From: Bacteroidota bacterium
Lineage (GTDB): Bacteria > Bacteroidota > Bacteroidia > Chitinophagales > Saprospiraceae
Reading direction: 5' to 3'
NCBI GenBank assembly: GCA_018222965.1
Contig: JAAEZH010000002.1
Location: 137,159 to 201,158, forward strand
Length of the DNA: 64,000 nucleotides
Of the stretch, positions 48,394-57,387 are shown piece by piece. Made by a program: the position numbers and the translations under genes. The first letter of the stretch is position 1, and each line of letters starts with the position of its first letter. The notes beneath the pieces were generated by a model, which saw only the letters and a program-made list of their open reading frames with translations, ran no database searches and was not told the DNA's origin.

Positions 48394-49074
48394 TTAATTA
48401 CCCGTAACACGGCCAATGTACTCCCCATATTGTTCGGGAGTCATGAGTTGAGGTACGTATTCTGTTCCCTGAAGTCTTAATTCTCTAACGTAGGCACGCA
48501 GGTGATTAACGGAGGCTGTAATTAAGTTCTCATACAGCGTGCTAATATCCAGGTTGTCTACCTGATTATTGATCGCATCTTTGCGATGGAGAATGGCAAA
48601 TTCCTGAATATAAGCACCTGCCAGAAAGGCTTCGGTCAATTCTGTTTTGCCATTGGCAAGAAGATCGTTGTACATGTTTTGAAGCTCAGTATCGGCAAAC
48701 ACTCCGGTACTATTGCTGCCAATCGGATCTTCCAACTCATATTTTTCGAGCAGAAGAAGCATGGCATCCATGTGGTTTTGCTCGGTAATGGCCATTCTGC
48801 TAAAAATACGGGGTTCATAGTTTTCGCTGAGGCTTTCATTCAAATCCCGAGCGAGTTTTTCTTCTTCCCGCATCCAAAGAACGCTGTTGATTTCTGTCTG
48901 ACTCAGGTTTTCTGCCGGATTCAGATTTAAATTGTGATTAAGTGCAGTCAGATTGATTTCGGTATAACCGGTATTTCGGTTTACATCCAAAATGTCGGTG
49001 TAGGGATAATCAAATGAGCGGTCGCAACTACCGAAAACGAGGACCGCAAAGCTAAGGATGAGTAGTTTTTTCAT
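48394..49074 (-). CDS. Ferritin-like-superfamily lipoprotein (DUF2202-like)
   Basis: 226 aa. Lipobox VFGSCDRS. Two E..H-like helical segments (MREEEKLARD..., ...MDAMLLLLEKYE, IQEFAILHRKD) suggestive of a di-iron ferritin-like fold. Confidence 0.5.
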   Translation of the reverse strand: MKKLLILSFAVLVFGSCDRSFDYPYTDILDVNRNTGYTEINLTALNHNLNLNPAENLSQTEINSVLWMREEEKLARDLNESLSENYEPRIFSRMAITEQNHMDAMLLLLEKYELEDPIGSNSTGVFADTELQNMYNDLLANGKTELTEAFLAGAYIQEFAILHRKDAINNQVDNLDISTLYENLITASVNHLRAYVRELRLQGTEYVPQLMTPEQYGEYIGRVTGN

Positions 49075-49368
49075 GATGCTTCATTTAATGGTTTACAGAA
49101 GCAAGTGGTATTTCCGATACCTAATGGGTTGTACAGTGCCCGGCACTGTAAATATAGATCAATCATAGACGCAGTTTGGTGATCCGGGTCACCGGGGAAG
49201 AGTGATTTTTAAATGTAAAATTTTAAATTAAGACGTGGCCAGATTCGCCGAAAGGCAACCGGTCAAAAAAAAAGCGCATAAAGTCGTGTTTTTTCCTGGA
49301 GCGGTTAAGGCAGGATCGGAGGTGTTTGGCAAAAGCTTTCTACCTTTGCAGTAACAAGTTGTAATCTA

Positions 49369-49872
49369 ATGAAGCCACAAGCAAGACTTATCTCTCTTTT
49401 GTGCGGAATAATTTTCGTATTCCTGTTTAACAATTTAGTTTATTCCCAGACAGCTGCCGAAGAAGTACTTCGGATTGGTGAAATTAAATCTGGTCAGGCA
49501 CAAGAACGCACCCTAATCGTAGAGCAGCCCGATCCGAACAGCGGCGATCTCCGTCTAAAGTTCTTCACCGGTGAAACCTATGAACGTACGGAGCATGCCG
49601 GAATCCTCAGCGAAAAGGATGTAAAAAACCTTTTATCCCTTTTTGAATCCTTTCAGTCTCATATGATCAATACCAGTCCGGAGTCATACACAGAGCAGAT
49701 CTTCACCAGCGAGGATGGCCTTCTGGAAAGTGGATGTTTCTTTTCCCGGGAATTTAACGATTGGATGATCTATTTTGAGTTGAATAAGAATCAACCGGAT
49801 TCATTCATTTTTCTTTCGGCTGAGAAGGTAAAAGAGGTGGTGGATTTGTTGAGGATAGAGGATAGAGGATAG
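49369..49872 (+). CDS. Hypothetical secreted protein. The 3' end contains a (GGATAGA)x3 tandem repeat.
   Basis: 167 aa. Signal peptide. No recognisable motifs. Confidence 0.45.
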   Translation: MKPQARLISLLCGIIFVFLFNNLVYSQTAAEEVLRIGEIKSGQAQERTLIVEQPDPNSGDLRLKFFTGETYERTEHAGILSEKDVKNLLSLFESFQSHMINTSPESYTEQIFTSEDGLLESGCFFSREFNDWMIYFELNKNQPDSFIFLSAEKVKEVVDLLRIEDRG

Positions 49873-49904
49873 AGTGAAAAGAAATTCTTAGTTAATACCC
49901 CCTT

Positions 49905-51011
49905 ATGAAAACCAGATATTGGAAGTCCTTGCTTCCCTATTACTTTTTGATTTGCACCTTCGTTTTTTCCCAATGCCAACTAAAAGGCCAGGTGGCTGAA
50001 TTAGACTCCTTACGTTATACCTTTCACCGATCGATGGATGCGAAGTTTTTTGTGTTGGACGCGCAGGGAAAGGAAATGGCTGTAGTCGATATGAATGCAT
50101 TTTATATCGGACAGTTTTACAGCTTTGATCATTTTCAGAAAACCGATCTGGATGTTTATGTAACTCGAAAGAGCGATCGCCAAATTTTTCGGCTGGACAG
50201 AAACGGGCAGTTGCATGCCATAGACCCAAAGGTTCAAAGCGTGGAATTACTTGGCAACGAAACCATGATGTGGGCGACCAGCGATTCTCGCAGCTTCTAT
50301 AATGCCGACCTTAAAAAGCTGGATGCAAAAATCCCCTTTGAGTCCTGGCGGTTTTTGGGGCATGGCGTTTCTTCCTTTCAGGATCCGGAAAGCGGGGACT
50401 GGAAGTTGATGAATGAATATGGGTCAGTAATCCATAATTTGGGGGACATCATTCCTTCAAACATATACTATTACAACAACGGTTGGTGCCTGGTAGTCAG
50501 GCCGGACGGGGATTATGTTATGTATTCTATTGATGGGCCTGTTGTAAATGTCAGTGCCCTAACCAAAGCGGAGCGTTTAAGAGTAGAGCTTGTTTCAGAA
50601 GACATCATTCTGGCTATTTCCAATCCGGGTAACAGAAGTCAAAAAGCCTGGTACATCAGTTCGGAGGCTAAGGTCTTATGGTCTTCCAAAGATCTGGAAA
50701 TTGAATCAGCATATCCTTTTGAAAATGGTGTGGCGCGTATAGAGGAGTACACCATATCATTCGAAGACCTCCAAATACTACGGGAAAAAGAAAATCGGCC
50801 TGTTGAGCGGGAAACAAGGCCTTTATTCATAAATCGATTGGGTCAATATGTAACCAATCCCCAATTGCCTTCAGATGCAAAACCGTTGGCAAGGGGGGAG
50901 GAGGTATTGTTTCGTGACGATCAGCGATTATTCGTAAGCCTGCTCTCGCCTGATGGAATTCAGGTTCTTCGCCTGATCGGGTTGGATGGAAAAGTTTATT
51001 GGGAATATTGA
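49905..51011 (+). CDS. WG-repeat-containing secreted protein (hypothetical)
   Basis: 368 aa. Signal peptide. Recurrent G.W.L..EYG..I / NGWCLV segments typical of WG repeats. Flanked by 11-bp inverted repeats. Confidence 0.5.
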   Translation: MKTRYWKSLLPYYFLICTFVFSQCQLKGQVAELDSLRYTFHRSMDAKFFVLDAQGKEMAVVDMNAFYIGQFYSFDHFQKTDLDVYVTRKSDRQIFRLDRNGQLHAIDPKVQSVELLGNETMMWATSDSRSFYNADLKKLDAKIPFESWRFLGHGVSSFQDPESGDWKLMNEYGSVIHNLGDIIPSNIYYYNNGWCLVVRPDGDYVMYSIDGPVVNVSALTKAERLRVELVSEDIILAISNPGNRSQKAWYISSEAKVLWSSKDLEIESAYPFENGVARIEEYTISFEDLQILREKENRPVERETRPLFINRLGQYVTNPQLPSDAKPLARGEEVLFRDDQRLFVSLLSPDGIQVLRLIGLDGKVYWEY

Positions 51012-51047
51012 TTTCCTCTATCCTCTCTCTTCTTTCCTCTAAATATT

Positions 51048-51560
51048 CTATCTCAGATAGTCAATCTTCCCTTGAAAGGTTCCATTTGAATAGCTTACAA
51101 TGCCTTCCGGCGAATCAATACACACTGAAAAAGAGCCACTGACGTCTCGTCCGTCGATCTGCTCAATGGTCAGAGTCCCTTCCGCGTTTGGGCAATCGAT
51201 TTGATCATAGAAAGGGGAGTGGAAGTCATCCTGATATTCATCGTAAAATGCAGCCGCATATTGTTGAACCTGCGGGATTACGCCTCGGGGTACCAGAGTA
51301 TAGCTTACATTTTCCATTCCGTCTTCCAGATCTACTCCTTCAAAGTATAGCGTTTTAATGATGTTTTTGTCTTCGTCTACCACCAGAAAGGAAATCAGGG
51401 AAGGTTTATCATCCTTTTTGTAAGCGACAATTTTGGTGAAAGCGGTCCAGTTCTCGCCATCCTTTAAAGCTTCGGCTCGTTCCGATTCTTTTGGGTTAAC
51501 AAAGTCGGGCTGACAGGAGAGCATCAGCAGGCAAAAGGGGAGGAGCAGGGTAATTTTCAT
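51048..51560 (-). CDS. Small lipoprotein, possibly a distant member of the 44.9-47.3 kb paralogous lipoprotein family
   Basis: 170 aa. Lipobox LMLSCQPD. C-terminal GTLTIEQIDGRDVSGSFSV...SNGTFQGKI echoes the family's G.FSG...G.FN tail. Confidence 0.5.
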   Translation of the reverse strand: MKITLLLPFCLLMLSCQPDFVNPKESERAEALKDGENWTAFTKIVAYKKDDKPSLISFLVVDEDKNIIKTLYFEGVDLEDGMENVSYTLVPRGVIPQVQQYAAAFYDEYQDDFHSPFYDQIDCPNAEGTLTIEQIDGRDVSGSFSVCIDSPEGIVSYSNGTFQGKIDYLR

Positions 51561-51754
51561 GTTGTCAGATTTTACAGGTATAAGTTTATAACACTCATTT
51601 TATTTCCCATATTTTTGGTTGGGGAAATTTTAAGGTTGTTCGGGATTTATACCCAAGTCGAAGTGATTTGGGCTTTTTTTATCTCTTTCTTTTTCCGATC
51701 TGCTTTGTTAAATCACGATAGCTGTCGGGACGCTTTAGCTATGGCTATAGCTAC

Positions 51755-51795
51755 GCCTGCCTGCAGGACCGAGCCTTTCGGGCAGGCAGGTTTTT
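51755..51795 (+). terminator. Orphan strong hairpin plus T-run (CCTGCCTGC, 17-nt loop, GCAGGCAGG, TTTTTT) with no plus-strand gene ending nearby. Possible sRNA terminator or attenuator within a 312-bp gap.
   Basis: 9-bp perfect inverted repeat 51755-51763 / 51781-51789 then T6. Preceded by the palindromic TAGCTATGGCTATAGCTA. Confidence 0.4.
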
Positions 51796-51872
51796 TAACG
51801 CAGTATGAGTCAAAAAAATGCCACCATAAAAAGATAATTTAGATTTGCTCACTTACTTACAATTCAATAATT

Positions 51873-52880
51873 ATGAGAAAGGGGTTAATTTTAGGGACAC
51901 TAATTTTGTGTTTCGCATCCTGCAAAAAGGATGATACCATGCCTCCGGAGGAAGCTCTGTTTCACACCGCTGAGAATCCGGTTTATCAAAGTCCGCTGAA
52001 TTTGGCCGCCGATCCTTCTATCCTGGGCACGGAGGATACCCTTTTTATGTATTTCTCGGCTGCTGATTACGAAATTGGCGTGGTTTACTCCCTGGATAAC
52101 GGAGTAAACTGGATTACTCCGGATGGAAATAGTTCAGAAGATTATGGCGCGATAAGTGGTCGAGCAGATAATTGGGATCAGACTTTGGAGACCGTAGATG
52201 TATTAAAGAATGGAGATACCTATTTCATGTATTATACCGGCTATCGGGAAAACGAAAGCGACAACAGCCATGTCGAAAACTATGAGATTGGACTGGCTAC
52301 CTCAACTAATGGCATAGACTTTGTCCGACACCCATATAGCCTGGGTGGTCCCATTCTGGCACGGGATCTCAGCGATATGAATACCAATGACCGACACGCC
52401 ATGACCAGTCCGGCAGTTCAGATAACAGGCGGACAATTCTATATGACTTATACCGGGTGGAATGTTGCAAGCGACTGGACAGGGCCAAATGCAGGGTTCC
52501 GAATTATTGGAGCAACCTCATCAGACGGAGTAACCTGGACAAAACTCCCTGAGCCACTTATTGAATCATCTGAAGTAACCTACAGTCCGGATATTAACGA
52601 GTCTTCCCTTATATATTCATCAGAGGATGGAAGGTGGTACATTCCTTTCTCTACTGATATTTCCATTGGAATTGCCCGGGCAGATAACTTTGCGGGGCCT
52701 TATGAAATTTATCCGGAGGCTATAATCCGCTCAAATGATTCCTGGGGTGGGGAAGTGACTGCTCCGGATGGAATTATTGAGAATGGCAAAATGAGACTTT
52801 GGTTTCACGGCGTAGAAATTCCTGCATATTGGCCCTGGGTTATTGGTTATAGTGAAGCAACTTTTCCATTAAACTGGTGA
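51873..52880 (+). CDS. Beta-propeller glycoside-hydrolase-like lipoprotein (GH43/GH130-like fold with BNR/Asp-box SxDxGxxW motifs)
   Basis: 335 aa. Lipobox CFASCKKD. Asp-boxes SLDNGVNW, SSDGVTWTK. Repeated IGLATS / YTGY blade-like segments. Confidence 0.5.
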   Translation: MRKGLILGTLILCFASCKKDDTMPPEEALFHTAENPVYQSPLNLAADPSILGTEDTLFMYFSAADYEIGVVYSLDNGVNWITPDGNSSEDYGAISGRADNWDQTLETVDVLKNGDTYFMYYTGYRENESDNSHVENYEIGLATSTNGIDFVRHPYSLGGPILARDLSDMNTNDRHAMTSPAVQITGGQFYMTYTGWNVASDWTGPNAGFRIIGATSSDGVTWTKLPEPLIESSEVTYSPDINESSLIYSSEDGRWYIPFSTDISIGIARADNFAGPYEIYPEAIIRSNDSWGGEVTAPDGIIENGKMRLWFHGVEIPAYWPWVIGYSEATFPLNW

Positions 52881-53125
52881 AATAACAACAAGGTGCATCT
52901 CTCTTGCAAAAAGAATCAGAGCGTGTTCGGGTTTTACACTTTGAGCTGCGCTTGCCGAATTTCATCCTGTATTGTTTTGCTCATCAGTCGCTTAGCTTTC
53001 CAGATAGCTATCGGGATGCTTCTTCATCTTGCCTCGCTTAGAACAAAACTTTGAGGCGTTCGCTCCAAAAGCAAATCCCGAGCAAGCTCTCAGTTATTTC
53101 TTATCGATTAATATTGTCCAGGCAA

Positions 53126-54058
53126 TTACTTTGTTTCCTTTAGCCTTTTTATAATTGCCTCATACTCCTTTTGCGCTTCCGTCGGGGGTAAAACCTGAAT
53201 CGTGCTTTCGCTAAGGATTACATCTTCATCATTTTGTCCCTTTTTTACAAGTTGAATCTGATAATTACCTGGGTCTTCCGGATTCCAAGCCGCCATTTGC
53301 CTTTTATCTTTCAGTGCATTACCTTTTACCTTCCAGAAAAGCCCTGATTGAGCCCAGCTGAGTTGCCTGCCGTTTTCATCAAAAACAGAGGCGATAAGAC
53401 TTCCACGCTTTTTGTAGGGCCACTGACTATCGTTGGCTGGTTCAAGGATTAATCCTTTTGCGTTGGTCGGAGGGGTAGTGATCGGATCTGATTCCACCCG
53501 GGTAGTTCGAAGATCTTTTGTGGCCTCCACAACTAACTGTACTTCTCCCTGTCCACTAAGGCTATTCAGTTTAACTGCTATACCCTTGATTTTTGGGTCC
53601 AAACCAGGTCTGATCAGCCGCTTATCTGCAAGCCTTGCATAAATTTGAACCCCATCAGCTTTTGCATCTGTTTGGAATTCAAGAATAGCCAGATCACCGG
53701 ATGTTTTTACTTTCAGTTGCGATAATTTCGGACCTGATTTGCCAATTGGTGAAGAAAAAACTTCCTTCTCTCCAAATTGAGCAACCAGCTTTGTGGCATC
53801 ACTGAGCAGTGGGATTGCTGCTCTGACGGATGCACTGCTGACCACTTTAGCTCCTGCATTACAACCGTGGTTAAACAAAACCGGAAGCTTTTCCGTGTAT
53901 ATAGCTGATCCCTGATCATTTTCGAGAATCAAATCCAGGTGTTTTGTTCCTGCATAGTGGGATGAGGATATCAGGGCTTCTTTGGTTTCAACGGCCCGGT
54001 ACAATTCAAAACTCCCGGATTCTTTCAGCAGACCTTCAATGAAAATATAAGTATCCAT
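53126..54058 (-). CDS. Hypothetical protein, no signal peptide. Co-oriented immediately downstream (18-bp gap) of the large metzincin gene.
   Basis: 310 aa. No recognisable motifs. Confidence 0.5.
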   Translation of the reverse strand: MDTYIFIEGLLKESGSFELYRAVETKEALISSSHYAGTKHLDLILENDQGSAIYTEKLPVLFNHGCNAGAKVVSSASVRAAIPLLSDATKLVAQFGEKEVFSSPIGKSGPKLSQLKVKTSGDLAILEFQTDAKADGVQIYARLADKRLIRPGLDPKIKGIAVKLNSLSGQGEVQLVVEATKDLRTTRVESDPITTPPTNAKGLILEPANDSQWPYKKRGSLIASVFDENGRQLSWAQSGLFWKVKGNALKDKRQMAAWNPEDPGNYQIQLVKKGQNDEDVILSESTIQVLPPTEAQKEYEAIIKRLKETK

Positions 54059-54076
54059 TTAATTTCAGATTAGAAG

Positions 54077-56917
54077 TTAATAACGAGAATTCATTATGGT
54101 ACGGCCCTCTACCCATAATTCGGGGCTTAGCCAGTTGTTTGCCGAAGTTCCCCGATAAGACATCAGGTCAAATGCGCCGGTAACCAATTGATTGCTTACA
54201 ATATCAAATGGAATTTGAATCAGTGCCCCCAGTGGTCGTCCAGGCAACCTGTGGCAGGATACTGGCTGGGTATCAGCACCACCTGTCAAGGCAGGTCCCT
54301 CCCAACAACCCTCTCCTGCGCCGGTTATGGTATGCCCAAGCCCGACTGTGTGCATAATTTCATGGGCGGCAGTTCCTACATTCTGAATACTCAGGCAGGT
54401 CGAAGTGGAAGGCCAGGCCATGATACCATCCGGTGTACAATCAAATGGAGTTACCAACCCGATCCAGCTAGATGAATGAGATGCGGGTGGATACCCTTCA
54501 TTGTCATTGTGCTCATAGGCAATAGATAATGCCAATTGGTAAAACCCTCCATCCCGACAATAATTATCTTCAGTAGTTCCAGCCTGTATCTGATGCACTC
54601 CAGGGTGAAATGCGATAGCGGTTTTGGGACTGGGCAACCTGGAAAATACCCGGTTGATAAAGGTGGTTGAAGTGGCAAGAGACATTTGCGTCCCATTTGA
54701 ATTGGCAACAATGCGAACAGTTACCGGGAATGGTGTCCGATCATGCCAGTCCATTATTTCTGCCCGGTATCGAACAGGATTATTACAAGGATCGGTTGCG
54801 TTAACTAACTTGATAAGCGCATTTACGCCCAATCCTGTGGCATCCGCAGCCGGGATCAGGAAATTTAGCGAATGGTTAATTCTAGCCCTGGATGGAAAAC
54901 GCCGTGCCTCAATGATTGGATTTGGACCAGCGGAATCTGCATTGATAGGGGCGTAGCTAATTCCATTGAGTTCCAAACTACCTGTTAACCTTGTTAAAGC
55001 CGGAGATAGTGCCCGCACATACACCCGCAGGATAGTGTCCATGCCACTGATGAGTTCCAGGCTGTTATTGGCAGGGTCGGTGGGATTTGTGAGGTCATAA
55101 ACCTGAATAGCCTGGGTTTTTTCAACACCCACAATCTCAAAAGGAGGGGCAGCTGGATCTTTGACTTCGAGGCTTATGGTCCGACTAGCCGTATCACAAG
55201 TTGTAGCAGCGGGATTGGTGGCTACTAGTTCAAATTCATGGGTTCCGATGGCAGAAGGCGTATATGATATTTCGTCGACAGCACCCAGATCCGATCCTAG
55301 AATATTTGATGAAGCACCAAAACGATGTCTGACCTGCACAGATGTATTAGCAGGAGATACCCGCCAGTCTAGCGCAAGAGCCTCTCCCAAAGGCCAACAG
55401 CTTCTGTCGGAGGTAAAAGAAATGATGTGGGGTTGTCCCACAAGCAATTCCCCTCTCACTCCCGGTAGGGCAACCGTATGCTCAGTGAGGCAAAGCCTTA
55501 CCTGTTTGGGAATGTAGAGCCAAATTGGTCCGCTCACAGCATTCTCGTCAAGTATAAAAGTAATACGGGTGCTTGTAGCTGATAAGGGATCTGTAGAAAT
55601 TGTTCTGCCTGAATTGTCGTAATACCGAACGGCGACCACGCCGTCAAATCGTTCACCTTCAATGGTAATTGTAGTGCCGGGGCAACCGTGGTCAGGGCTG
55701 ACGTTTTCAATCACATAATTGGTACCCACACCATAAACCAAATCTCTGAATCCAATGCCTAAATGGTGAAGTTCGGGAATGATGGTGTGGATAAAACATT
55801 CTTCAAAATGCTCTGTCAATCCGCCATCAAAACGAGGTATTTCGGGAGTTGGCACTTCCGGTGCGGGGGTATTGGGAAATGGTTCTCCAGGAATTGGGAA
55901 CGGCCATTCGTACCAGGGAACCCCAAACCAGGAGCCAAACCCAAAACCAGAACTTCCGCCTTCCCCGGGGGTAAACCCATTAAATGACGGAAAAGAGAAT
56001 GAAGAAATCCTGACAGCTGTATCAAACGCATTGGCAATATCAACCGGCGCTGCCTGACTCAAAACCAGTTGGTATAAGGTGTTCAACTGGTCTGCGCCAA
56101 CAAGCGCATGTTCAATACCGGCGGCAAGTGTGGCCAGTTCCCGGGAATCTCTTGCAGATAAGGCAGCAGCTACCATCAATTTTTCAAGCCGAAACGGGTT
56201 GATCAGACCGGGGCTGATTCCTTGTGAAAAGGGAACCGCTTTCGTTTTTCGCTTTTTATGCGATATCGATTCCCCAACATATCGTCCATTGTTAAATTGC
56301 CTTAAAACGGTTAGACCTAAGCTGGAGGGAATGGCCTTCCCTCCATAACTCCACAGCAATTCCCGAAGACGTTGCATTTCCTGTTGATTTCCTGAGACCG
56401 CAGCAGAAGCGAGATCCAAAAGGTCTGACACGCCCTCAAAAGGGATGCGCAATGCCTTGATTCTTTCAGCAGAGTTTCGCAAGCCAAATCCTGCAAGGAT
56501 GGAAGAAAGCGATCGTTTGAAATTAAATAATACTTCAGGGTCTGTCAAGGCTCCGGATGTCAAGGGAGCCTGAGGAACCGGAGTACCGTCTTCGGCAGGT
56601 ATGTCCAGATAAATTCGAATAAAATGATTGCCGGGTTCCAGGTTGCAGTTTACATCATGGATGGTGTTTTTAAGCAGGCGCCCGTCGTCGAAAATCCGGA
56701 AGAATACATCGGGATATTTGTCCAGGCCAATCTTGTCGAAATAGGCAGATGTGAATTCCAGACGGAATACTCCATCAGAATCTGTGCTTGTTTTTCCCAG
56801 GAAATCGTGAAAGATAAAATCTTTATCCCAGGCCTCAATTTTTAGGTTCGGTATTGCCTGCCGTGTGAATCGGTTCATTATCTTCCCGGAGATGGTAAAA
56901 CGAGGTATTGTTCCCAT
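54077..56917 (-). CDS. Large multidomain zinc metalloprotease of metzincin type (HEIMHTVGLGH plus Met-turn region). N-terminal region of unknown fold; IPT/TIG-like middle domains. No N-terminal signal peptide.
   Basis: 946 aa. HExxHxxGxxH motif near residue 880 followed by DLMSY. N-terminus MGTIPRFTISGKIMNRFTRQAIP is not a Sec signal peptide. Confidence 0.7.
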   Translation of the reverse strand: MGTIPRFTISGKIMNRFTRQAIPNLKIEAWDKDFIFHDFLGKTSTDSDGVFRLEFTSAYFDKIGLDKYPDVFFRIFDDGRLLKNTIHDVNCNLEPGNHFIRIYLDIPAEDGTPVPQAPLTSGALTDPEVLFNFKRSLSSILAGFGLRNSAERIKALRIPFEGVSDLLDLASAAVSGNQQEMQRLRELLWSYGGKAIPSSLGLTVLRQFNNGRYVGESISHKKRKTKAVPFSQGISPGLINPFRLEKLMVAAALSARDSRELATLAAGIEHALVGADQLNTLYQLVLSQAAPVDIANAFDTAVRISSFSFPSFNGFTPGEGGSSGFGFGSWFGVPWYEWPFPIPGEPFPNTPAPEVPTPEIPRFDGGLTEHFEECFIHTIIPELHHLGIGFRDLVYGVGTNYVIENVSPDHGCPGTTITIEGERFDGVVAVRYYDNSGRTISTDPLSATSTRITFILDENAVSGPIWLYIPKQVRLCLTEHTVALPGVRGELLVGQPHIISFTSDRSCWPLGEALALDWRVSPANTSVQVRHRFGASSNILGSDLGAVDEISYTPSAIGTHEFELVATNPAATTCDTASRTISLEVKDPAAPPFEIVGVEKTQAIQVYDLTNPTDPANNSLELISGMDTILRVYVRALSPALTRLTGSLELNGISYAPINADSAGPNPIIEARRFPSRARINHSLNFLIPAADATGLGVNALIKLVNATDPCNNPVRYRAEIMDWHDRTPFPVTVRIVANSNGTQMSLATSTTFINRVFSRLPSPKTAIAFHPGVHQIQAGTTEDNYCRDGGFYQLALSIAYEHNDNEGYPPASHSSSWIGLVTPFDCTPDGIMAWPSTSTCLSIQNVGTAAHEIMHTVGLGHTITGAGEGCWEGPALTGGADTQPVSCHRLPGRPLGALIQIPFDIVSNQLVTGAFDLMSYRGTSANNWLSPELWVEGRTIMNSRY

Positions 56918-57387
56918 GGTTAATTTGGTTGTATGTAGGGTGGAAATGGAAAAACAGGGTAGCAGGAGTTATCCGAAGCGGCCAAACTTCTCAGGTGGTA
57001 TTGTATAAATATACTGAATTAGATTTATACTACAGCGAAGCATTATATCCGGGAGAAATAAAAAGCCCTATTAAGCAGATATGCATTGACCCGGGAAGCA
57101 ATTGATAACTACAACAACTGGATTGTTGTAAGCGATCCCATTTTTGCATTAAAGCCCGGGTGAAAGGGCAGGATTATACCTACGATTGGGAGGAATTGGG
57201 CACATGGGCGAATGTGGTGATGAACATTGGTGAATGACTGCTATCGCGGACGAAGCCCGGTTCTGTAGCAAGGTATAGCACATTATTGCTGCATATAGGT
57301 GGATAACAAAATCCCAAATACGCTCTATCTCTTTCAGGAATATCTATCTTTCCATTTTTTAGCTTCCATTTTCAACTGTTCCCTCCA

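Noticed and set aside
56918-57387. 470-bp gap with 65-aa ORF 56908-57105
   Set aside because: The ORF has no convincing start context or domain. The gap may hold promoter or decayed sequence. Left unannotated.
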